Shown: positions 8,157 through 15,960 of the stretch, piece after piece
Numbering within the stretch: position 1 is the first letter of the stretch
How the letters are laid out: each line of letters begins with the position of its first letter
IMG/VR virus record: IMGVR_UViG_3300032249_000542
Location: 32,001 to 96,000 of that record
From: a virus
Direction: 5' to 3' (one strand)
Length of the DNA: 64,000 nucleotides
Position numbers and translations under genes: made by a program
The notes under the pieces: model-generated
Told to the model about the DNA's origin: nothing
What the model saw: the letters and a program-made list of their open reading frames with translations, nothing else
Database searches by the model: none

Positions 8157-8725
8157 TGAATATTTTTTACCTAGATCATGATGTACGAAAATGTGCAGAA
8201 ATGCATAACGACAAACATTGCGTAAAGATGATTCTCGAATATGCTCAACTTCTCTCTACTACTCATCGTATTCTTGATGGTGTTCTTTCTATTGGTGTCA
8301 GTCCATCTGGCAGGAAGAAAACTGTATATGTGCTTGCCGATCAGCGTGATACCATTCTTTACTCTGCTACTCACGTTAATCATCCGTCTGCTGTATGGGT
8401 AAGACAGTCAGATAAGAACTATGATTGGCTATTTGCTTTGTTTCAAGCATTGATGGACGAATATACATATCGTTATGGTAAAATACATGCGTGTTCAAAA
8501 TTAGAAATTGGACTTGCTCGAATACCCGAGAATATTCCACAAGCACCATTTACTGAACCAACACCTGCAATGCCCGATACTTGCAAAGTGAAAAATGATT
8601 CGATTTCTTCATATCGAAACTACTATATAATGAATAAGACGCATCTAGCAAACTGGAAAAATCGTCCTATCCCTGAATGGTACAATGACAATACTCCGAG
8701 AATCTACGAACCTCAAGCATCGTGA
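8156..8725 (+). CDS. Pyrimidine-dimer DNA glycosylase (DenV-like) family protein
   Basis: MNIFYLD...DKHCVKMILEYAQLLST, HVNHPSAVWVR, EYTYRYGKIH. Confidence 0.7.
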   Translation: MNIFYLDHDVRKCAEMHNDKHCVKMILEYAQLLSTTHRILDGVLSIGVSPSGRKKTVYVLADQRDTILYSATHVNHPSAVWVRQSDKNYDWLFALFQALMDEYTYRYGKIHACSKLEIGLARIPENIPQAPFTEPTPAMPDTCKVKNDSISSYRNYYIMNKTHLANWKNRPIPEWYNDNTPRIYEPQAS

Positions 8726-9227
8726 AGTAGAGCAAACTAAGTTTGTTCAATATCTTTTGAGTGGAAACATAGTCGAGAAGGATTATGTTTCCTTTCTTTT
8801 TGAATTCCGAACAATCTATGAAGTTATAGAACGATTAAATCATAAGTATGGATATCTGGAAGGATTAGAAGGAATCGAACGTGCTGAATCAATACATGAT
8901 GACTTGTTTGAATTAAACGATAGTTATTTCAGACCATTACTACCTTCTACAATAAAATATCTAGACCGTTTGAATGAATTGTCTGAAGATGAATCAAAGA
9001 GAAATTTATTATTTGCCCATGTATATGTTCGACACATGGGAGACCTTTATGGAGGAAAATTAATTGCTCGCCTTATCCCTGGTTCTGGTCGCATGTATCA
9101 GTTTGATGATCGTCCTAGATTAATCAAATCATTTAATGAAAAACTTACAATGGATTTAGCTGATGAAGCGAATCTAGCATTTGATTATTACATATCAATA
9201 TTTGACGAACTATATGCCAACTTATAA
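8685..9227 (+). CDS. Heme oxygenase
   Basis: LRESTNLKHREVE (proximal His) and AHVYVRHMGDLYGG distal-helix motif. Confidence 0.85.
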   Translation: MTILRESTNLKHREVEQTKFVQYLLSGNIVEKDYVSFLFEFRTIYEVIERLNHKYGYLEGLEGIERAESIHDDLFELNDSYFRPLLPSTIKYLDRLNELSEDESKRNLLFAHVYVRHMGDLYGGKLIARLIPGSGRMYQFDDRPRLIKSFNEKLTMDLADEANLAFDYYISIFDELYANL

Positions 9228-9519
9228 TTTTTATGATTCTGAATTAGATGAAGAATTTGAAATGTTCATGAAGATATCTGAACGTGAAGAATATCTAAAA
9301 GAGAATCCACACATCAAACCGGTCGTATCAGCACCATCATTAATTTCTGGTACAACTGTCATTAATAAAGTTCCTGAAGGGTTTAAAGAAGTTCTATCTA
9401 GGGTTGCCGAAGCACATCCAGAAAGTGCAGTCGCTGATCGTTATGGGAAAAGATCAATCAAGAATATAAGAACTAAAAATATTGTCAATCGTCATTACGA
9501 AAAAGCAAAAAAGAATTGA
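9214..9519 (+). CDS. Conserved T4-like hypothetical protein upstream of phoH
   Basis: MPTYNFYD...EEYLKENPHI...GFKEVLSRV. Confidence 0.7.
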   Translation: MPTYNFYDSELDEEFEMFMKISEREEYLKENPHIKPVVSAPSLISGTTVINKVPEGFKEVLSRVAEAHPESAVADRYGKRSIKNIRTKNIVNRHYEKAKKN

Positions 9520-9565
9520 GTAGTATTATATAATGCTAACCTGCTGTTGTATATAAGGAGCATTT

Positions 9566-10327
9566 ATGGCACGTAAAGCGGCACTAAAACAGGTTTACAG
9601 TAGTGAAGAATCGTTGGACTTTTCAAAACCAACTAATCGTTTGAAGTTAAGATTAGATGATATGAAAACATTCCAACCACTAACTGAGAACCAGAATAAA
9701 TTTTTTCAAGCATATAAACAAGGAGATTACTTTATAGCATTACATGGTGTTGCTGGAACAGGTAAAACATTTTCAGCATTATATAAAGCCATCGAAGAAG
9801 TGTTGGATAAAAGTAACAATTTTGAGAAAATTATTGTCGTGCGCTCCGCAGTACAATCAAGGGAAATAGGTCATCTACCTGGTAGCGTAGATGAGAAGAT
9901 GGAAATCTATCAGCAACCATATCGTCAAATATGCGAAACACTTTTTGGTCGCAAAGATGCATGGGATAGATTAGAAGAACAAGGTCACATTGAATTCATT
10001 TCAACATCATTCATTCGTGGTATGTCATTTGACAATGCAATTATTATTGTTGACGAAATGCAGAATATGACCTTTGAAGAAATTGATACGGTAATGACTA
10101 GGGTAGGTAATCAATCAAAGATTATCTGGTGTGGTGATTACAGACAGACTGATTTGAACAAAAAGAAAAACGATGTCTCAGGTTTATTGAAATTCTTTGA
10201 TATTGCATACCACATGGATGCATTCACTAGAATCGAATTTACACCAGATGATATTGTCCGTTCAAGTTTGGTCAAAGACTATATTTTAGCAAAATTGAAG
10301 TTTGAGGATCTTTCAGAAAAGACATAA
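9566..10327 (+). CDS. phoH: PhoH-family ATPase
   Basis: GVAGTGKT, IGHLPG, RGMSF, IIVDEMQN, GDYRQTDL. Confidence 0.93.
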   Translation: MARKAALKQVYSSEESLDFSKPTNRLKLRLDDMKTFQPLTENQNKFFQAYKQGDYFIALHGVAGTGKTFSALYKAIEEVLDKSNNFEKIIVVRSAVQSREIGHLPGSVDEKMEIYQQPYRQICETLFGRKDAWDRLEEQGHIEFISTSFIRGMSFDNAIIIVDEMQNMTFEEIDTVMTRVGNQSKIIWCGDYRQTDLNKKKNDVSGLLKFFDIAYHMDAFTRIEFTPDDIVRSSLVKDYILAKLKFEDLSEKT

Positions 10328-11010
10328 TGAAAATATTTAATCATGTTACTGTAGACGGTTTAGGATATAAACTTAAACAGATTAATGAATCAACGGGTAG
10401 ACGGTATCAAACACCAGAAGGAAACCTCTACCCGTCAATAACTACAGTTTTAAGTAGTTATAATAAACAAGGGTTGATGGAATGGCGTGCTAGAGTTGGT
10501 GCTGAAGAAGCGAACAGGATATCAACCAAGGCATCCAATCGTGGAACTAAGGTACATGATACAATAGAAAAATATCTATTGAATGATTTGAGTGACATGA
10601 AACTCAATTCATTGATGCCTGACATAAAAGAAATGTTCATCAAGATTCGTCCTTACTTGGATAAACACGTTGGGATGATTTATGGAATAGAACAACCTTT
10701 GTATAGTGATGCATTGAAAATTTCTGGTACATGTGATTGCATTGGCGAATGGGATGGTGTGTTATCTATCATCGATTGGAAAACATCAAATTATCAGAAA
10801 GAAGAAAGTTATATCGGAAACTATTTTATGCAAACTTCGGCGTATGCTGAAATGTTTGAAGAAAGAACAGGTATATCGATTAATCAAGTGGTAGTTGCAA
10901 TAGCGGTAGAGAATGAGGAACCTCAGATATTCATAAAGAAAAAGAATGATTATCTAGAGGAATTGAAACGGTACATTGATAAATATCACTTGACTAATCA
11001 AGCAAGTTGA
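10327..11010 (+). CDS. PD-(D/E)XK (Cas4/RecB-like) exonuclease
   Basis: YPSITTVL, RGTKVH, GTCDC, IIDWKTS, YFMQTSAYA. Confidence 0.85.
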   Translation: MKIFNHVTVDGLGYKLKQINESTGRRYQTPEGNLYPSITTVLSSYNKQGLMEWRARVGAEEANRISTKASNRGTKVHDTIEKYLLNDLSDMKLNSLMPDIKEMFIKIRPYLDKHVGMIYGIEQPLYSDALKISGTCDCIGEWDGVLSIIDWKTSNYQKEESYIGNYFMQTSAYAEMFEERTGISINQVVVAIAVENEEPQIFIKKKNDYLEELKRYIDKYHLTNQAS

Positions 11011-11018
11011 TATATAAT
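10978..11018 (+). promoter_or_regulatory. Candidate promoters upstream of the tmRNA locus
   Basis: Late-type GATAAATA 10978-10985; TTGACT 10990-10995, 17 bp spacer, TATAAT 11013-11018. Confidence 0.6.
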
Positions 11019-11040
11019 ATGAGTCTAATTGGAGATTATT

Positions 11041-11169
11041 ATGAATGAAGAAAAGAAAGAACGTGACTATAGCAAGATGACCAAGGGCGATTACTATTGG
11101 GATAAGTTTATGAGTGTTATGTGGTTATTATTCATTGTCTCAATCGTCTCTGGTGGCTTCTATAGGTAA
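11041..11169 (+). CDS. Small membrane peptide (42 aa)
   Basis: GGAG RBS; MNEEKKERDYSKMTKGDYYWDKFMSVMWLLFIVSIVSGGFYR. Confidence 0.55.
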   Translation: MNEEKKERDYSKMTKGDYYWDKFMSVMWLLFIVSIVSGGFYR

Positions 11170-11170
11170 A

Positions 11171-11437
11171 GAATTGTTGTAACCCCTTCAAAGCGAAGGC
11201 ATGTTGGACGAGGGTTCGATTCCCTCCATCTCCACCAGAAGCATATTGTGTAGTGTGTTTCTGATGGGGATGACCTGGTTTCGACAGCGTGAGATAGTGG
11301 AGACGGCAACACGGTAGGCGATGACCGTTAATCAAGCAAAACTACAAATGCAAATGACGCATTTTATGGTGAAGATCGCCTAGCAGCGTAACTCACTTGG
11401 GGTTTCGGGAGTGTCCTTATTAACCAATCACTCCCAC
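11171..11437 (+). ncRNA. ssrA: Circularly permuted two-piece tmRNA
   Basis: The acceptor piece has the T-arm GAGGG-TTCGATT-CCCTC and ends CATCTCC-ACCA at 11237. An intervening hairpin follows. The coding piece starts GGGGATG at 11266 (7-bp acceptor stem with G3.U), has a GACCTGGTTTCGAC D-loop analogue and a tag ORF at 11350-11391 (ANDAFYGEDRLAA*). Outer ends are approximate. Confidence 0.9.
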
Positions 11438-11452
11438 CAAATTCTATATATT

Positions 11453-12136
11453 ATGAAAATCTATAAATCAAATTATCGTAATCATTGGGTTTCTCCATAC
11501 GTTATACTGGAGAAGGTTTTCTTTTGGCGTGAAATTGATTACGATGAACCACTTATCAAAAAACTTTCCGATTTTCTCGATCCGTTTTCCGTAGCATGGC
11601 TAAAGTTTCTTGACTTTGTACATCCACGTATCAACTATGTGAAGATTGACCGTTATGATACATGGTCAATGGATTCTACATTAGCTGATATCATTCTACC
11701 GATGCTGAAGCAGATGAAAGCAACAAAGCATGGTTCACCAACGGTTGATGATGATGATTTGCCAGAAGAACTGCGTGTTGTTGCACACAAAGATTGGTCG
11801 CAACAACTTGCATTTGAATTTGATGACCATGAACAATACGAAAAGGATTCGTGGGATTTGCAACATCGTCGTTGGGAATGGGTTCTCGATGAGATGATTT
11901 TTGCCTTTGAACACTATGTTGATGATACATGGGAAGAAGCATTCCGTTCAGGTGAACATGATATGATACATGTGCCATGCGAATGGTATGAAGATGGCAG
12001 ACCCAAACTTTACTCAATTGAAAAAGGACCGAACGATACCTACGTATGCGACTATGAAGGTATGAATAAAGTATACAAACGAATGGAGAATGGATTCTGT
12101 TTGTTTGGTAAGTATTACAGAGGACTGTGGGACTAA
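11453..12136 (+). CDS. Conserved phage hypothetical protein
   Basis: YVKIDRYDTWSMDSTLA, W.WVLDEMIFAF, GFCLFGKYYRGLWD; ATG 11453. Confidence 0.7.
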   Translation: MKIYKSNYRNHWVSPYVILEKVFFWREIDYDEPLIKKLSDFLDPFSVAWLKFLDFVHPRINYVKIDRYDTWSMDSTLADIILPMLKQMKATKHGSPTVDDDDLPEELRVVAHKDWSQQLAFEFDDHEQYEKDSWDLQHRRWEWVLDEMIFAFEHYVDDTWEEAFRSGEHDMIHVPCEWYEDGRPKLYSIEKGPNDTYVCDYEGMNKVYKRMENGFCLFGKYYRGLWD

Positions 12137-12148
12137 GTAAAAAAATGA

Positions 12149-12206
12149 CTAAATAAGATACTGGCATCACACACAAACCGCCAGTATTACACACACAGGA
12201 GTAACT
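12149..12206 (+). promoter_or_regulatory. Late-type promoter plus structured (AC)n leader
   Basis: CTAAATA 12149-12155; stem ATACTGGC/GCCAGTAT with a CACACAC loop; ACACACAC directly before AGGAG. Confidence 0.55.
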
Positions 12207-12479
12207 ATGAGTAACTTGACACCGTTCGAGATTCGTCTTGAATTATTGAAAATGGCAAGAGATATGCTTTCCGAAGATTATCACGGAAAGTGTCAACAAG
12301 TAAGCAGCGATTGGTCAGTTAAAGTCGATACTGCTAAAATAAACGGCGGTCAGATTCCAGACCATCCCGTGTTCCCACCATACCCCCCAGAAGCAGATAT
12401 CATCGCAAAGGCACAAGCCTTGAATGGTTTCGTTTCTAACATTTCAGTAGATAAACCCAAAGCAAAATCATCTACCTGA
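12207..12479 (+). CDS. Conserved T4-like hypothetical protein
   Basis: PFEIRLELLKMA...YP...DIIAKAQALNGFVS. Confidence 0.75.
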   Translation: MSNLTPFEIRLELLKMARDMLSEDYHGKCQQVSSDWSVKVDTAKINGGQIPDHPVFPPYPPEADIIAKAQALNGFVSNISVDKPKAKSST

Positions 12480-12486
12480 CGGGACC

Positions 12487-12506
12487 AGAGGTGCTTCGGC
12501 GCCTCT
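12487..12506 (+). other. C(UUCG)G tetraloop hairpin (intergenic RNA-stability or processing element)
   Basis: AGAGGTGC-TTCG-GCGCCTCT with no U-tract. Confidence 0.6.
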
Positions 12507-12526
12507 CTAACTAACAAGGAGAAATA

Positions 12527-13105
12527 ATGCGAAATCAATTCGTATCCAACTTTTTTGTATTAAGCATAGTTGTAATTGTATTGACTATGATATCAATGGT
12601 GGAATTAAATTCCCATCCAATGAGAAATGCATCTGTGGCCGGTGCAAACATTAAACTTTATAATTTAACGCAAGACGCACGACATGAAATTGCTTGCCTT
12701 GCAGAAAACATTTATTTTGAGGCAGCACACGAACCTGAAGAAGGTCAAATCGCTGTCGCATTTGTTACCATGAATAGAGTTAATAGTGGTAAATTCGCTA
12801 ACTCAATTTGTGGTGTAGTAAAACAGAAGATAGGTAGTACATGTCAATTTTCTTGGTGGTGCGAAAGTAAACCTTACGCTATGTCAACCTCTAATGCATT
12901 GACAAAAACTAACAATTCGTTGTATAATAGAATTGTAGATTTATCAGTTAATTTTTATTTGAATCATGACCAAATGAAAGATCCATCGAGAGGAGCTTTG
13001 TACTATCATGCAGATTATGTCAACCCTGGCTGGAAACTACCAAAGAATACGCAAATTGGTAGACACATTTTTTACGGAGAAAGAGATGGTAAAAGACGCA
13101 CCTAA
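12527..13105 (+). CDS. Membrane-anchored SleB/Hydrolase_2 cell-wall hydrolase
   Basis: CLAENIYFEA, VAFVTMNRV, CQFSWWC, GALYYHADYVNPGW, IGRHIFY; N-terminal TM helix. Confidence 0.88.
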   Translation: MRNQFVSNFFVLSIVVIVLTMISMVELNSHPMRNASVAGANIKLYNLTQDARHEIACLAENIYFEAAHEPEEGQIAVAFVTMNRVNSGKFANSICGVVKQKIGSTCQFSWWCESKPYAMSTSNALTKTNNSLYNRIVDLSVNFYLNHDQMKDPSRGALYYHADYVNPGWKLPKNTQIGRHIFYGERDGKRRT

Positions 13106-13364
13106 ACCTAAGACAGACACTAGTGGTCATATTAGGCAAAACACTATTTTAACTGTGAGTTTAACCTTGGTTTTACTTGCTTTTATTTTTGCAATAGTGT
13201 ATTATAAGTCTATGGATAGAAGATTGATGGCAGCAAATATTGAGGCAGCAATTGCAAAGAATATTGACCCGTTAGCGGTTCGTTGTTCATATGCAAACGG
13301 TGATGATAATATTTGTGTAGCCTATGCAATTTCTAACAAGTCAATTGACGCACCAAAACGATAA
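13086..13364 (+). CDS. Single-pass membrane protein
   Basis: GGAG upstream of ATG 13086; one TM segment; C-terminal C-x9-C. Confidence 0.6.
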   Translation: MVKDAPKPKTDTSGHIRQNTILTVSLTLVLLAFIFAIVYYKSMDRRLMAANIEAAIAKNIDPLAVRCSYANGDDNICVAYAISNKSIDAPKR

Positions 13365-13379
13365 AAGGAGAACTACATT

Positions 13380-13652
13380 ATGGCAGTAACTCAAATGAGT
13401 GTAAACAAATTGAGCAATCCTGCGGATCGTGATAAACTTTTGAAAGTGATCCGCACTTGTTCTGATTCTATGGCAAGAATGGATGCAGAGAAGGATTTGA
13501 TTCGTGAGGAAATTGCAGAGATTTCCAAAACGCTTGAAATACCAAAGAAGTTGGTAAGTAGGATGGTTAAAGTTTACCATAAACAAAACTATGATGAAGA
13601 AGTAACAACCCATGAACAATTTGAACAACTTTATGAAACGGTGGTGAAATAA
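13380..13652 (+). CDS. dsbA: T4 DsbA-like dsDNA-binding protein
   Basis: Size, helical pattern (RMDAEKDLIRE...KVYHKQNYDE) and position upstream of 33-59-32 as in T4. Confidence 0.7.
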   Translation: MAVTQMSVNKLSNPADRDKLLKVIRTCSDSMARMDAEKDLIREEIAEISKTLEIPKKLVSRMVKVYHKQNYDEEVTTHEQFEQLYETVVK

Positions 13653-14188
13653 TGAATACAATAGGCAGATATCAAGATGATGAACGTGGTCAGTATAATT
13701 TTAATTTTAGTGACAATGATGGTAAGCATATAAGTGTATCTTTTCGTGCTGAACCTGACTGGGATTTAAATGTAGTCTTTCAAGAGTTTCGAAACTTTTT
13801 GATTGCATCAGGTCATGATGTTGAAGGTGAAGTTGGTGAAATACATGCGTATGATGAATCAGATGAAGATGATAATTCAATGGAACAAAGTTGGGAAGAT
13901 GATTCTGATGAAGATCACGTAATTACACAAGCACAATCGGCAGATATATTTTCGATGGATCATTTGCCCAACAACGGATGGCCGTTCGGTGGTTTGACTA
14001 CATCACCACTACCTGCACTTAGTTCGCAATCATTTAATCAATTTCCAACAATGGCACCATTGACCTCACAACAAGTTCAATCGTGGAGTTTATCATCCGA
14101 TCAAATTCAAGCATTGACTACTGCTGATCTTTCAATGTGGCGAGTTGATGCTCCTGGGACAATCGGTGGAGCAAAGGTTACTTTCTAA
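13652..14188 (+). CDS. Acidic hypothetical protein
   Basis: TAATG-coupled ORF with an acidic centre. Confidence 0.6.
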   Translation: MNTIGRYQDDERGQYNFNFSDNDGKHISVSFRAEPDWDLNVVFQEFRNFLIASGHDVEGEVGEIHAYDESDEDDNSMEQSWEDDSDEDHVITQAQSADIFSMDHLPNNGWPFGGLTTSPLPALSSQSFNQFPTMAPLTSQQVQSWSLSSDQIQALTTADLSMWRVDAPGTIGGAKVTF

Positions 14189-14190
14189 CA

Positions 14191-14412
14191 ATGCCCACTA
14201 AAGATGAGATGATGAAGTTTGCACGCTCGATAGATGAGATAGTTTCTAAAACAGACTATAACTATATTGAAGCAATTGTAGAACATTGCAAAGTTACTGG
14301 CATGGAGATTGAGGTTGCTGCTACATTAGTCAATCAAAATCTTAAAGCTAAAATAGAAAACAATGCAATGGACTTAAACTTGTTACCTAAATCTAATAGA
14401 CTTCCAATATGA
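14191..14412 (+). CDS. gp33: Late promoter transcription coactivator gp33
   Basis: F...IDEIV...YNYIEAIVEHC...LKAKIE..A..LNLLPK; synteny. Confidence 0.85.
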   Translation: MPTKDEMMKFARSIDEIVSKTDYNYIEAIVEHCKVTGMEIEVAATLVNQNLKAKIENNAMDLNLLPKSNRLPI

Positions 14413-15002
14413 CAGGGTATGAAACATTCGCTCTCTTTCATCCACTAAAATTACACTTTACAACAGACTATGATTATTTCAAGTACAATGGAAAGTGTAA
14501 TATTAGTATGGATGCTTTTGAGAGACGAAAAGACAAATATCATTTCTACAAATTGTCACGTAAGTATACCAACGATGAAGAATTAAAGTGGTTTCTTATT
14601 GCCAATCTTGTAGAAAACGATAAACTGTGGGTTGGTGATTTGTTAGGTGATGGTGCGGATCAAAACTTTAAGAGAAGGCAAAAAACCCTACAGTCATTGA
14701 CATACACATTTGAAAATGACTGTAGGAACATCTTTGATGGAGTTGAAAATCCAAACGAATTACTTAGATGCAAGAATGGTGAATATCCACCTCTGCTTAC
14801 AAAGTATTTGCATAGGGATGTACAGATCGAAACAATTTGTATCCTTTCTAGAATACTTGGTCTGACAGATATCTGGAATTCCTGTATTGCTGAAAACATT
14901 CGTTGGCCAACTTTACGAAATACATTTTTAAAATATACACCGTTTCTTCCACAAGATATTACACCTTTTAAGTTAAAACTAAAAATCATAATAAATGAAT
15001 AA
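14409..15002 (+). CDS. gp59: Helicase loader gp59
   Basis: LKLHFT..YDYFKYNGK, F.RRKDKYHFYKLSRK; synteny. Confidence 0.88.
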   Translation: MTGYETFALFHPLKLHFTTDYDYFKYNGKCNISMDAFERRKDKYHFYKLSRKYTNDEELKWFLIANLVENDKLWVGDLLGDGADQNFKRRQKTLQSLTYTFENDCRNIFDGVENPNELLRCKNGEYPPLLTKYLHRDVQIETICILSRILGLTDIWNSCIAENIRWPTLRNTFLKYTPFLPQDITPFKLKLKIIINE

Positions 15003-15864
15003 ACTACTTCTCATTCTTGCGATTGTATCAATGGGTGCGTTAGCTAAAGAATCTGAACCATCCGTTTTACATTTCGATTCTACTGAAAATAGAATGGAGT
15101 ATAATCAAAACATTAGCAAGGTAAGATCACTAGCAAGTCTTACTAAACTAATGACTGCTATGGTTTCTTTGGACTATGACTCAAATATGCTACGTGAGGT
15201 TGAGTTAAAACCATTGGCGAGTACAAAACTCCCAAAACGTAATTATTCACGAAGTGAACTTTTCCATGCAATGTTGATCCGTAGTGACAATGGTGCAGCA
15301 GAAACGATTGCTTCTGATTACCCAGGTGGTCGTGCTAAATTCATTGCAGCTATGAATAACAAGGCAAAGGAAATGGGTTTAACAAGTACGTATTTCAAAG
15401 ACCCTTCTGGTTTGAGTGCAAGTAATGTGAGTACGGCTCTTGATGTTATGGATATGGTTACTGCTGCATCAACCTATGCAATCATTCGTGAAACTAGTGT
15501 AAAGAAACAGGCAATAATTGAAATGCAGTATAAAAAGAAGGTGCGTACCATTGCATTGAAAAATACTAACCATGCACTATTGTTTGAATTTGATAATGTG
15601 ATTACAAGCAAGACTGGATATACTGTACCTGCAGGTTGGTGTGTTGCAATGATGGTAGAACGATTAGAGAAAGCACCAGAACCCGACAAAGATATCATTG
15701 GTCGCCTTATAGATTTCTACAACGGTAAACCAACTATAGAATCAGGTAAAGGTGTTATTCATCGCCACGTAATTGTGGTAATGGGTGCTAAAAATCCAAA
15801 GGATCGTATTGACAAAGTGAAGGATATCATGTACAATGAGATATTGGATAACGAACTACCATGA
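14995..15864 (+). CDS. Peptidase S11 D-Ala-D-Ala carboxy/endopeptidase (PbpG/DacA-like)
   Basis: Signal peptide; SxxK (ASLTKLM), SxN (SDN), KTG (SKTGY). Confidence 0.88.
   Translation: MNKLLLILAIVSMGALAKESEPSVLHFDSTENRMEYNQNISKVRSLASLTKLMTAMVSLDYDSNMLREVELKPLASTKLPKRNYSRSELFHAMLIRSDNGAAETIASDYPGGRAKFIAAMNNKAKEMGLTSTYFKDPSGLSASNVSTALDVMDMVTAASTYAIIRETSVKKQAIIEMQYKKKVRTIALKNTNHALLFEFDNVITSKTGYTVPAGWCVAMMVERLEKAPEPDKDIIGRLIDFYNGKPTIESGKGVIHRHVIVVMGAKNPKDRIDKVKDIMYNEILDNELP
15809..15837 (+). promoter_or_regulatory. Sigma70-type promoter upstream of gene 32
   Basis: TTGACA 15809-15814; 17 bp spacer; TACAAT 15832-15837. Confidence 0.55.
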
Positions 15865-15960
15865 AGTACATTTACAAGGTGACTATATACTAGTATATAA
15901 TGCATACTGTGAATAAGATGTTATACAAAACTATACAACGCAAATACGAAAGGAAATACA

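Noticed and set aside
10327-11010. Cas4-like nuclease as evidence of CRISPR-Cas
   Set aside because: It is the usual standalone exonuclease next to phoH in T4-like phages; no cas genes or array nearby.
11205-11237. Apparent tRNA (T-arm plus CCA)
   Set aside because: No upstream anticodon arm or 5' acceptor strand; its partner lies downstream, so it is the tmRNA acceptor piece.
11132-11335. 67-aa minus-strand ORF
   Set aside because: Antisense to the tmRNA, with no RBS or recognisable motifs.
11691-12194. 167-aa minus-strand ORF and the many other antisense or nested ORFs (e.g. 24322-24756, 26073-26498, 41655-42143, 56523-56912)
   Set aside because: They are shadows of well-supported genes, explained by codon bias and repeats.
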